From Lytechinus pictus (lineage: Eukaryota), in assembly GCF_037042905.1 (NCBI RefSeq), contig NC_087250.1:6264001-6328000 (forward strand): DNA of 64,000 nt. The letters are read 5' to 3'. How positions within the stretch are numbered: position 1 is the stretch's first letter; every line of letters starts with the position of its first letter. The notes beneath the pieces are model-generated. The model had not been told where the DNA came from and searched no databases. It worked only from the letters and a program-made list of their open reading frames with translations. Both the position numbers and the translations under genes were made by a program. This document shows positions 25,286-38,247 of the stretch, piece by piece.

Positions 25286-25339
25286 AATGCTGGTGGTAGT
25301 GATCGGTTTTGGATCCCCCGCATTGATCACGTTGATTGA
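25286..25339 (+). CDS. Terminal coding exon of NLR-type gene 1
   Basis: Strong acceptor tttctttcttttttttag; phase 0 continues NAGGSDRFWIPRIDHVD then TGA; AATAAA signals near 25927 and 25940. Confidence 0.6.
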   Translation, partial: NAGGSDRFWIPRIDHVD

Positions 25340-25961
25340 GAAATTGCCACCACAGCAAATCCTCATCTTGTGGAGCCATAATGTGTGAACTCATTCAACT
25401 GCAACATAATTAAATTGAACCTAGAGACACACCATGGTCAAGTCTAACCATGAGTGTGGGCGCCTTTAGCAACGTAGTTGAAGGTATTTGCAGAATAACC
25501 CCTTATTTCTTTTGTTTATTATATATTCATTAGGGGAATTTTTTAATGTTAACATGAATTGTGTTTAATGACCTGCTAGGATTCAATTTCATTTTTATTA
25601 TAACAGGTGATATTTTTGGGACAGAACGCCACTCTTATAATTGAGGCAACAGTATTAAGGGTAAAAAAGGATAATTAATAAGATCAGATATGACCCGGAT
25701 GACTGACCAATTTAGGGCCGAATGAACGGACTAATTTCAGAGTCAAATGGGGTTCGCCAACATCGTGTGAGTGTTTCTCCTGACTTTTACTCTTATTAAT
25801 GCGAACTAAGCCTCATCATCTGTGGAACTTTCCTTTTAATTTATGAAAGCAACATTTCAAACTTTTTCATTAAAAATCAATGTCTATTATAAAGAAAATA
25901 AGCGGGATGTCATATTTATCATTTCAAATAAACGTACAAAATAAACGTATACAATAAGCAG

Positions 25962-26139
25962 CTATAGTGGTAGAAATAGTAACAGTAGTGGCAGCAAAAC
26001 AAAAGTAATAGCACCAGTAGTAGTAGTTGTAGCAGAAATTGCAGTAGTAGTAAGATTATATGCAGTTGTAGTAATACTAGTAGATGTAGTAGTTGTTGTT
26101 GTTGTAGAAGCAGAAGTACAGAAGTAGCAAAAGTAGCAA

Positions 26140-26170
<31 letters not shown>

Positions 26171-26272
26171 TGTTGTTGTTGTTGTAGAAACAGAAGTACA
26201 GAAACAGCAAAAGTAGCAGTAGTATTAGTAGTAGTAGTTGTTGTTGTTGCTGTTGTTGAAGTATTAGTAGCA
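25962..26272. repeat. (GTA)n/(GTT)n low-complexity tract
   Basis: Directly visible trinucleotide runs. Confidence 0.9.
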
Positions 26273-27703
26273 GGAGGGATTTATGTACTGATCATTGTAG
26301 GCTGTATGCCGTATTCCAATCAGTTCACATAATTGCAATTGATGATACAGGCCCCTGTGACCATGATCATCAACACACATTTTGTACATTACTGCATGTG
26401 CTCTAATATACGTTTAGGGTAGTGATCGCAGAACAGGTATATGTTCATCCTGCTCCGTACCCAAACAAACGAACTGATCACTTCAGCCACTCACTGTTTA
26501 TTGTAACCCAATCATTATATTCCGATCATTCTTGTTCATTGAGCTCGTTGTTTATTCTTGCCAGATAAGGAAAGTAGCAAAACTTCCATAAATGATCATG
26601 GTGCAATTTGTAAATACACCAACATTTTGTTTTGTGTGTGACGAATACAATTGTACAGAAAGTTGGAGCAGTGAAATTATATACATTTGTAGTGGTTAGA
26701 AATTAGAATAGACAAGCAGTCAGAAAGCCACGTTTGTCAAGAAGTATGATATTTACGAACTATTTGATAATATATTTTATGCAAATCAAGTAATTTCTAT
26801 ATATTTTTTTTACATTTTCATGCATCGAGACGGGTCGATGGTGTTAATGAATCTTATTGTATATTGTTTTTTGGATCGTAATGTAACATATTGTGCCTAA
26901 ATATATAGATCATTATCGAAAACACTGCTTTTGCGATATGAATTGTACAGACGTGTTAAAACTGTTAAATATGTATGTATTAAGTCTTTTTATACTTTCA
27001 AGCTTCTGTATGGTATCTCAAATTATTTTGATAATTGTTGAATGACGAAAATGTTTAAAAATATTGAGCTATAATGGTTGTTTTCAGGGTTTATTAGTTC
27101 TAATACATGCACTTGTACACATGTTTCATCTTGGTTTGAGAATTTTTTAAATCGGCTGCTCACAAAGCTAAACAATACCTTTAAATAGAGTATTTCGTAA
27201 AGTGTCTATTTTATTCCAACTGAACTAATAGTTTCAGTTGCATTTAAACCTGGCTTACTTTCATTTGAATTAAAGTAAGTCATTTTTTTTTTCTAGATGC
27301 GCTTTCGGTGACTTAGAATCGCTGTAGTATCGTGGAATAAGAAAAATACATTAGTTTTCTCAGAATTTATATATATGGACCCAAACTCTTTTTAAACTAA
27401 AATTCCATTTTCTTTGCCAGTTTTAAATAATTTTTCACGATTTTGTTATATGTATTTATAAATACATGCTACGTGGCTGTCCACGTCCTTAGTGGTCTTA
27501 ACGCCAGCGCACACTTACACGAACCTTATAGATCTGACTTTCAAAGAAATTACAGTAGCGTTTGATATATAATATTTCAACTTATAAATTCTGAACGATC
27601 AAAGTTCCCTATAGTAAAATGAATATCAAAATGGAAATGCCTGTCTATTTCGAGCCTCCCTCAAGCAAATTCAATTCCAAATCGTGGTGACGGCATCAGG
27701 GTG

Positions 27704-28836
27704 TAGTAGTAGTAGTAGTAGTATTTATTTCCGTATTAAAAAGCACAATTATATACAATAAAATACGGTGGATAGCCCACATTCAGCGTGACTGGCACAG
27801 TAGCGCTGGTCTTCCGTGGGGTCCATAACATATAACATTAACGTATAATTTAGATACAATAAACCACATTAGAATAACAGATGTACAGAAGATAAATGAA
27901 AATGTAAATATCAACAGTAAACATATTTAGATAAAACCAAAAAGAAAAAAGAAGAAAAAAAGAAAGAAAAAAAAAAAAAAAAAACCTAACAGCGAATGGG
28001 GGGGGGGGGGGGGGTACCGGAGTCCATGTGCTACAGATCAACAATCTTAGATTTGAAAATATTAATACTAGGGGATGATTTGATGTGAAGAGGAAGGGAA
28101 TTATAAGCCATGGCGCTTTTATACTTGAAGGATCTTTTGAGGTAATTTGTTCTTGGTTTTGGTAATTTAAATTTGGTTCCGAAACGGGAGGGATACGTAT
28201 GTGATACTAACTCAAATTCATTTCTTAAATATTCTGGAGATAGATTATTCATGATCTTATACATGAGAATAAGGGAATGATCGTTTCTTCTTTTGTCCAA
28301 CAATTGCCAATTTAGTGTATCATGCATTTCCAAAATAGATATATGAGATTCGGGTTTAATTTGGAGTATAATACGACCTGCTCTGTTTTGCAGTTTTTGA
28401 AGGCGGTCTGTGTATTTTCTAAAGGATGCATCGTAAACAACATCACCATAATCAAAGTAGGGGAGGATCAATGAACTATATATTAATTTCAGTATCGATT
28501 CACTTAAGGATCGCCGCAATCTTCCCAGAAAGCCGACTAATTGACCTATTTTTTGCAACATGTTGTCTATATGCAAATTAAAATTCAAATAATCATCAAC
28601 TATGATGCCTAGGTATTTGACATGATGAACTTGTTCTAATGGGGTATTATTTAAGGAAACATGAAGGACATTTTGTTTAGAAATCATATTCTTGCTTCCG
28701 ATGAGCATACAGACCGTTTTTTGACAGTTAACACTTAACTTATTCTGGCACATCCATTGGTACATATTTTCTAAATCTGAGTTTAGGGCCTCGTTGATTC
28801 TATCTATGGAGGGGTGTGAAAAATACAAAACGGTGT
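27704..28836 (-). mobile_element. 5'-truncated CR1/L2-group LINE (RT C-terminus and 3' UTR)
   Basis: 265 aa open frame with NKLSVNCQKT, KYLGIIVD, LPYFDYGD, LQNRAGRII, YNSLP; begins just after the YADD region; 3' stem-loop and (TAC)n tail. Confidence 0.92.
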
Positions 28837-31204
28837 GACTTATTGAAGCTATTTTGGACTATACTCTGACCACAAGGCTCATGCCGAACTTCAAATTGAA
28901 TGACTACTTGGAACTTTCAAATTTAATTAAAAATCAAATCAATCAAAATTAATTTTAAAAAAGATAAAGTTTTCCAAGTATTATGTATTGGTTTACGTAT
29001 GTTTTATATAAAATACTATTAAGTTAATCATTATGTTGTGCAATGTTTGCTTATTGTTATGTAATGTTCAATATAGGCCAACCTGTCCATGTGTATACTT
29101 TTGTTATTGAAATGTGTAATTAAATGAAATAAAATCGAATAAATTAAATAAAATCAAAATAACATGTTTTGCTCTCAGTACCACCATTATTGCGTTATGA
29201 ATTGTCCAGAAAATTAGTGCAATAATTTGTACACTTTCATATAAAATAGTACATATTTGGTAAAGGGCAGTGTTTATTTCGTAATTTATCACCTTCCCTA
29301 TATACTTTATTGAATTTAATGCTTTGTGAACAATATAGATTTCCGTCCAGAGCATGATCGGTTAAGGGTTAACATTAAGGGTTTTTTTTTCATTGATTTT
29401 TCTATAAAAAACAACAACATCGATTCGTATATCCGAAAGCCGACGCAAGAATCCGCGCCTAGACGTGCCGTCCGCATCTTTTTCCGTAGGTATATGATGA
29501 ATAAAAAAAAGTGGTGATTGGAAGGGATTCGCTCGAAATCGCAGGAAAAATATCATTTTATGCCATGGATATTGACTTGTCTTGATCTGTCAAGCGCAAT
29601 TGCTTTGGAACCGCGCCAAATGCAACGTGTAGGATTTCCCGGCATCAATGTTATTTTTTGGCATTCCTCCAAAGAGAGCAGATATATAATATATTTTTTT
29701 AATAATATTTGGTTTTACAAAAACGCAATTGAGCTTAAATTGCATTGGGTTGTGATTGGTCCGATCAACCACAACTATGGAAGGCCACCAGTATAAACTT
29801 CTAAAGGTCATGTTCGTTCAAAGTGTTTTGTACAGCGAAATCTGTCAATAGTGACCGTCCAATGCAAACACAAAATATGGCCCTTTTAGGGAGGTTCTGC
29901 TATACACACAATCTGTCTCCATGGGAATCGATTTTAGTGGTCACTACAGACAGATGGCTGTTATAGACATGTTCTTATATACACAATGCGCCTTCATGGG
30001 AATCGAATTTAATGGTGTAGACAGGTGGCCACTAACACAGGTTTATTCAGTACATGTCTCTTCATCTTGACAAGTGATTCCTCTTCACACATAAACAACA
30101 TTGAGCAAATTTTCTGTGTGAAAAATAAAAACAATGATGAATATTAATGTAGTTTTGATTTATCGTATCAACCTCAGCTCTTTGTAATCTGCCATTGCGG
30201 GGCCTTGGTCTACACAGGGAATAAGCAATTAGTTCCATGGCCCACACCAGCTTCGTTTACTTCGGTATCACTCAGTTTGTCTACAACCAGTCGCTCTACC
30301 AACAACTTGGTCCACTGCCATTTACCACAACTTTACTTTCTAATTTTAATGTGAGGTAGTACCCATATCGTCGTATAAACACGTGGTCTAGAACCACTTA
30401 GAACAAATGTTTATGAATACAATTTTCATAAAACCACTTGCATAATAATTGGTAGACGAAGCGGGTATTATACCATTTGTACATTATACTGCATGGGAAT
30501 TTGGTATTGTTAGATGAACTGTAGTTGGACCAAGCTAGACTCATTTTATACCGAATGGGTACATCTTGTATAAGGCTTCAGTAGACCAACTGCTTGGAAA
30601 CCAATAATTTATTAATATATATACATTGTAAATGCTTTCCCTTTTTTTTTCGTCTGGAAATCTAGCATGATCAGACCAAATTCATTCCAATATCGCGCGT
30701 ATACCTGTCTAAATTGTTATCTGTCATCTATTCCCCATTTTTTCATTATGGGTTGCAATCCCATTAAACCTGAACAATTATCTTTTTGGTCTAATAACCA
30801 CATCTTTGGTCTCACATATGTTGAATCCATTTTCAATCAAGCACCCCCCCCCTCCCTTTTCACTCACCTGGGACAAAAATAACTCACCAGTAATAATATA
30901 CAAAATGTGCGTTTTTTCACCATGATTGGTTATTTGTATTTTGAGACCTACCAGGATTTTGATTTATATTGACAATTTTCATCAGTCGGACAAATAATTT
31001 AAGAGTTTATGTAAGAGTCTAATGGAAACCATGATGGATAATAAATGATTTCAGAAAGAGGCTTAATAACGTTTGGTATGCTCCAAGGCACAAAGCCTTA
31101 AGTCATCCTATCGATCGAGGTCTGATCAATGATTTTATTTATTTACTCATTTATTCATTTACTCATTTATTTATTTATTTATTCATTTATTCAAACCCAT
31201 CAAG

Positions 31205-32300
31205 AACAGTTTGGAAATCTGAGTTTGGCCATTAATTTCTCCCAACTTCTAATTTTTACACAATGCATGTTTGACATCATTCAAAAGATCATTTAATTTA
31301 CTTTAAAATGATACCATGCTTGTTATGATCATGCCACCATTAAAAGAGCAGGATTCAAAAGTGTTGGATGAGGTCTGAATTGAAAAGTAGCAAAACGATA
31401 AAAAAAAAGGTTTGAAAATCTGAGTTTCGCCATTAATTTCTCCGAACTCCCAATTTTACACAATGCATATTTGATATCATTCAAAAGATCGTTTAAATTT
31501 ATTCAAAATGATACCATTGCTTGTTATGATCATGCCATTACGAAAAGAGCATGATTAAAAGTGTTGTATGTGATCTGAATTGAAAAGCTGCAAAATGAGC
31601 AGAAATAGTCATGAAGGGTCAATACAGAGCATGATTCTTTGTCTGTGTCAATAGAGATGGAAATTCATTCAAATCAAACCACTGCTTCTTCATGTTTTTT
31701 ATGTTTCGTTTTAATTTATGTATGGTTTGAATCGTGGTTTGAAATACCCATGCATGATTGTTTCTTTGTTTGTTATGGGTTTGCTTGTGCAGAGGTTTGT
31801 TTGATTCCCTGTTAATGTTGATGTTAAGGTGCATGAAAAAAAAAAACCGCTAAGAAACTCACTCATCACCACGGAAAAAGAAACAGTGACTTTCAACATT
31901 GTGTCATTTTGCAACCTTTGTATTTTGACAATGCCCCACATTTCAAGGCGCTGCACCTCCATATGAACAATAATCACATCATGTAGGGTATCATTCTAAA
32001 GAGAATTAAAAGATCTATTTATTTATATTAATAAGACATTGATATTTACTAAACCAAGGAGGGATTTTTGATCAAATCCAAAACAAACCGCTGAGAAACT
32101 CACTCATCACCACGGAAAAAAGAACAGTGACTTCAATATTGTGTAATTTTGCAACTTTTGAATGTTGACTTTGTCCCACATTTCAAGGCACTGCACCTCT
32201 ATGTGAACCATAATCATATCATGTAGGGTATCATTTTAAAGAGAAATAAATGATCTATTCATTAATATTAAAAAGATATTGATGTTTACTAAAAACAGAG
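31205..32300. repeat. Two adjacent tandem dimers (~200 bp x2 at 31205-31600; ~240 bp x2 at 31845-32300)
   Basis: aaatctgagttt..ccattaatttctcc appears twice; aaaccgct.agaaactcactcatcaccacggaaaaa appears twice. Confidence 0.85.
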
Positions 32301-33596
32301 GAGGAATTACGGATCAAATTCAGATTTCCAATTTTTTTTGGGGGGGTTTATTTAATCTTTTCGGCGAAAAAGGGATATCATTGTGGCGAACTAGAGACTG
32401 TAGATATAATAAACTACCTAGTTTCCCACACAAGTACCATATCCTGAAACAAGTACGAAAAATGTCAAAACAAACACATTAATAGTAGAAATAAGCAGAA
32501 TATGAAACCCATCCAGGATCTTTTTTTCTAGTGCGTCTGTATTGAATAATCATCCAAGCGTAAGGCTTACCAAACCGACCCTGGATCAAACCGCCGCTCT
32601 GTATATCAGTCAACTATGATTAATATTGAATATCATAGCGCGCGGTGCTCGCACCAGCGGACGCCAACCACCAGCGCGGACCCTGATTGGCCGGCGGCAT
32701 CGGCCAATCACAGCACGGCTCACACCCTAGTCGAGCCAGACAATAACGGGCAGCCGGGCACGCCGGCCCCTTGGCGATATAACCCGTGCGCGCGTTTCCG
32801 TTTTACACCCTGGCGAAGGCATTTTCCGGAAAAATAGCCACAAAGCGACTAGTGAAGAGTCTACGTCTACGTTTGTTTACATAATCAGCTGGGCGCGCGA
32901 TCCAAAAGTCCGCACCGAAGATATCCGCAGAACATACGTGCAAATGCAGCTGAGCTTATAGACCAAAAGCTTCAGTCTCTGTATTTTGGTTGTTCCGCTG
33001 AACTGATACGTTGGCTTCATGATTTTTTTTTACTTTATCGCACATGATCGTTTAGAATGAAAACGAATAATAGCTAAAATATTGAAAAATAAAACACATA
33101 ATTACTTGTTTTCATATTATATCTATCCTTATATCTATCATATCTGTCTATCCACTATCTATGTTATAAATCAATCTATGGTACTACATGGTATATCTAT
33201 CTGTTAATTTGTCTATCTACTCTGTCTCTCTCATTCTCTATCTACCTATCTATCTGTCTATCCATCTAACATCTATCTCTCAAATTCTCTATCTATCCAT
33301 CTGTCTCTCTTTTATTTCTCTCTATCCATCTGTTAATCTACTCATGTGCAATATCAACACTGCTTCAACTTCCTTCGGGAGTCTATTTCCTCAGCTCTAC
33401 TTTTCCCTTTTTTGTGCTCGTTTCGATTCAACTACTACTTTATTTACTTGTTACCATTGTTAAATGTCTTGTATTGCATAATGAGTTTTTTTCTTCTGAA
33501 GGTTGCCTCCTATTCTCTTTCAAATTCCACCTCTTGCTTTCCCTTCTCTTTGTCTTATCCAGATTTATTTCCCTTCTCTCACCTCTTTCTTCTTAA

Positions 33597-33717
33597 AGGT
33601 CAAGTCCACCTCAGAAAAATGTTAATTTGGATAAAAAGAGAAAAATTCAACAAGCACAATGCTGAAAATTTCATCAAAATCGGATGTAAAATAAGAAAGT
33701 TATGACATTTCAAAGTT
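33597..33717 (+). mobile_element. Kolobok-like terminal fragment nested in Mutator-like copy 1
   Basis: TTAA|AGGTCAAGTCCACC start; absent from copy 2, which has TTAA at the equivalent site. Confidence 0.6.
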
Positions 33718-33729
33718 TGTATTGCAATA

Positions 33730-33760
<31 letters not shown>

Positions 33761-34326
33761 CTCAAATTCTCTTTATCTATCCATCTGTCTTTCTCTAGTT
33801 CTCTCTCTCTCTATCAATCTATCTATCTATCTTCTATCTATCTATCTATCTATCTATATGTAACTGCAGTATCTATCGATCTGTTAATTTGTCGCTCTTC
33901 TCTGTCTCTCTCATTCTTCATCTATCTAACATCTATCTATCTCTCAAATTCTCTCTCTCTCTCTCCCCCTCTCTCTATCTATCTATCCATCTTTCTGTCT
34001 TTCTCTCTCTATCTATCTTCTATCTATTTATTTATCTATCTCTCAAATTCTATCTCTATCTATCCATGTAACTACAGTATATATCTATCTATCTGTTAAT
34101 TTGTCTATCTTCTCTGTCTCTCTCATTCTTTATCTATCTATCTATCTATCTATCTATCTTCTATCTATCTATATATCTATATGTAACTGCAGTATCTATC
34201 GATCTGTTAATTTGTCGTTCTTCTCTGTCTCTCTCATTCTTTATCTATCTAACATCTATCTATCTCTCAAATTCTCTCTCTCTCTCTCCCCCTCTCTCTA
34301 TCTATCTATCCATCTTTCTGTCTTTC

Positions 34327-34383
<57 letters not shown>

Positions 34384-34895
34384 TATCTATTTATATATCT
34401 ATGTAACTACAGTATATATCTATCTGTTAATTTATCTATCTTCTCTGTCTCTCTCATTCTTTATCTATCTATCTATCTATCTAACATGTACCTATCTCTC
34501 AAATTCTCTATCTCTCTCTCCCCCCTCTATCTATCTATCCATCTGTCTGTCTTTCTCTATATCTCTCTATTTATCTTCTATCTATCTATTTATCTAGCTA
34601 TCTATATGTAACTACAGTTTCTATTTATCTGTTAATTTGTCTATCTTCTTTGTCTCTCTCATTCTTTATCTATCTATCTAACATCTATCTATCTCTCAGA
34701 TTCTCTACCTCTCTCTCTCTCTCTCTCTTTCTCTCTTTATCTATCCATCTGTCTGTATTTTTTTTCTCTCTCTATTTCTCTTTAACCGTCCATATATCTA
34801 TCTATATATCTATAACATCTCTCCATCTCTCAAGTTCTCTCCCCCCATCTATCTATCTATCCATCTCTCTGTCTTTCTCTCTCTCTCTCTACTTC

Positions 34896-34938
<43 letters not shown>

Positions 34939-35752
34939 GGCTGCGTTTATGCGACCTCAAGCCAGAATCATGATTTGAATCATGATTTGAATCATGATTC
35001 AAAACACAAACATGAATCACAATATCACAGAATCAGCGTTTAGACGACCTTCATTCCAACGCTGTTTCTCCTCAGATTCGGGCCAATCCAGTGCGCATCA
35101 CTAGTGCGCAGTTTGACAGAGGAAGTTTTTCGCACGTGTTTCGGCTCTCGAAAAATCTTTTGCTTCCATAATTCATTTTGTTTACTTCTATCATATAGGG
35201 TCCATAATATATGCTTCTATTCATCATGTTAGTTTATCCAAAATGGTGTTCGGAAGTGAATTTCAGCGTAGATCCAATTTAATATTGATACTGTATACTC
35301 AACAACAACTGAGATCATTGTCTGTCCAGTTAATTCATTTACTAGAACTTGAAGTTGAAGACATGACCAAAAAATGAACAGTAGTGGACGATGCGATGAC
35401 CAACACAGAACTTGAACATGACAAGAAATGCATGCATAGTACATAATCATGTACATACAATGAGCATATAGAGCGCCTTGAGCTTGGCAATAGTCAAACC
35501 GAAAGTAGCCCGACACAGTGAGGTCATATAGAATCATGATTCAAATCACGATATCGTTTATTCGAACATTTTCGTACGTGATTCTGCAGAAACGTCTTTC
35601 CAAACGCCCCTTTTTTCGTGTTTCATGTTTGTGATTCTAATCATGATTATATTCAATTTCGACTAAACGCAATCGTGATTCTGCAGAATCATGATTTGAA
35701 TCATGATTCAGATCATGATTCTAGGGTAAAAAAGTGGCGGATAAACGCACCC
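34939..35752. mobile_element. PIF/Harbinger-like MITE nested in Mutator-like copy 1
   Basis: Ends GGCTGCGTTTAT / ATAAACGCACCC, 3-bp flanks TAT/TAA, subterminal AATCATGATT palindromes; empty site in copy 2 near 50670. Confidence 0.75.
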
Positions 35753-36923
35753 TAAGTCTCTATCTATTTATCAGTCTTCTATATCTATATTTCGGCATCT
35801 AGTGTATCAATCCATCAAACTTCAATTTTCTTTCTATTATTTGTATATGTTTATTTTTATTTTGTCTGTCATTCTATTCATTTAGTTAATAATTTATATT
35901 TAGAAAAAAAAACTTTTTCATAACTTTTCATAAAAAAACTTAACTGCAAAAGCATGTCCTGATTTCACTCATATGACTGCTCTCTTTCCATGAAGTGCCG
36001 AGGAACTCTATGCTCTGATCAGTAACTGTGCAGATTGCATGCGGTGGTGTGGGGCTCGCCTGTGTCGCACGCTGCAACCAGCGACGTGTGTAGACTCTTC
36101 ACTAGTCGCTTTGTGGCTATTTTTGCGGAAAATGCCTTCGCCAGGGTGTAAAACGGAAACGCGCAACCCGTGCGCAGTGCTCAGCGTCTTTGCTCAGTGC
36201 CTGACGAAGTCGCTTTCCTACTATGTTTGATACATCGTGAGACAACTGGTTATTTCTTATCCTTCACCACGATGAACCTCTTCCACATCATATAAAAATC
36301 ATCTTAGATCCAGTGGTAAAGGACAAGGGTCAAATCATTGAACGATCATGTACATGTCGCTTTGAATGATAAGGGTGCTGGATTGTAAAAAGTCAAAGAT
36401 TTTCGATCACTCGAAAATGGAAAGGGATGTTGTTTAAAAAAAAAAATACAAGGGGGGAAATCATTTGAAAAAGGAGGGGACTTGGTTAGGAATAAGAGAA
36501 AAAAATACAAGCAAACAAAGAAGGGTTTGTTCAAACAAAATAAAATTGATTTTGTTCAGAAAAAAACAATCAAAAGCATACACACACACACACAAACCCA
36601 TCGTTCCCTAATTTATGGAGATTTTTGTCATTTCTTTACATTTTACCATACAAACCCCCGTTTCCCAGGGCATTGATAATCCAGGCGTAATTAAAAAAAA
36701 ACAGATACTAGATCGAGGCAAAATAAAATCATGATTGCTTTACTGAAGCAACTTAAAATGCAGTGCCGAACCTGGGAATATATGCTTATTGTCATGTAAG
36801 TATTCAAGTGTAAACGTTGAGGACAATATCACAGTCGTTTTGTGACCCTTCCGTTCTCTCAAACGTATTTCACCCCCTCCGACCCCCCCCCCCCCACTCC
36901 CACCTTTCTTCTCTCTCTCTCCC

Positions 36924-36964
<41 letters not shown>

Positions 36965-38247
36965 ATATCTCTTACTGTCTACTCCCTTTTTATAAGTAAA
37001 TTAGGCAAAGCTTTTATCAAAAGACAGGAATGTTTGAAACGAGAAATGAGAAAGGTGCGGTTGAATGACGAAAATATTTGCACTTCGATTTCATTTCAAA
37101 AGTCCTCACGATACAACGCCTGAAAATTGGTAAATAGCATTGTTAGGCAGATGAAGTAATAATAAAATCACATAACGCCTGACCGTGACGTGCACCACGT
37201 CCAAATTCAATACCTATATAGTAAGATGCAAAAATAGGACCTCAATGTGGGGCGCGGCTTGCGCGTCAAATTTCGGCACAAACATTTTTTTTTGCCCATT
37301 AAGAGGTAAAAAAAAAAAAATTGACAATATATGTTTAATGATATTTTGACTATCCTCCCTCACAAAGATAATGCAGGGATAAGATCCCAGGGGCATGTTA
37401 TTTTGCAGAATCGTTTCATGTTGAGTATTACATATGTCCCCTCCAAGTTTGTTTATATTGTTTTCAGGGGTGGGGGTCATTTATATTTGAAGATCAAACC
37501 AAGGGTATCAGTTTTTGTATTGGCGTGCTTATATTGTTATTAAGCATTGCAATGATTAAACAGCTCAGGGGCCCAAGCCAAGTAAAGATGTAATAAAGTT
37601 ACATAAATCAAGTAGACTTCCAATATTGATAGTCTTTACTTTAGGAACAATGACTGACTGAAACTAATCATACGATGAATATGATTCATGGATTTAATGA
37701 ATAATATTATTTATTCATCTGTTTGTTGTATTATGATAGAATATAAATGATTATGGCCAGAATATGACACAATGTATGACAAAATAGTATTATGAAGATT
37801 TTAGACAACCTATCGCCTACAAGTTAATTTAGAAAAAAAAAATATATTACATAAGGGGATAAGTCGGAAGCTTCAGTGTAGCGTTACGTCTTACAAAGAA
37901 GTTGCCAGCACTACGTGCTGCCTCCTCACATTATCTACATTTGCACAGGTTGAGATATTAAGCATTTTATTTTATTTTTTCAAATCCTTTCAAAACTCAA
38001 AGCTATTTAGTATTACCTTATCATCGAATTGTAGAGTATGTATTTTCCAATATCAACCCCTCTCCCCAACCAATATTGTTTTTTTTTTTTTTAGATATTG
38101 GGAAAAAATAGATACTTAGGGGAAAGTCAAAGCGAATGTTCGGTTTACCCATGAAAAAAAACCAAGTATCTACAGATGAAAGATAATTCCATTCAGTTGT
38201 CATGGTTCTATCGTTCGTTATCAATTGCGCAATATTGGCTTCCTAAG

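Larger units (their letters stand above)
32790..36164. mobile_element. Non-autonomous Mutator-like element, copy 1
   Basis: ~75-bp TIRs GCGCGTTTCCGTTTTACACCCTGGCGAAGGCATTTTCCG...; perfect 9-bp TSD aacccgtgc (32781-32789, 36165-36173); interior of (TATC)n/(TC)n-rich subrepeats. Confidence 0.88.

Noticed and set aside
33188..34973. Ser/Leu/Ile/Tyr-rich ORFs (also 49179-50907, 25962-26210, 44891-45140)
   Set aside because: Translations of microsatellite and low-complexity DNA.
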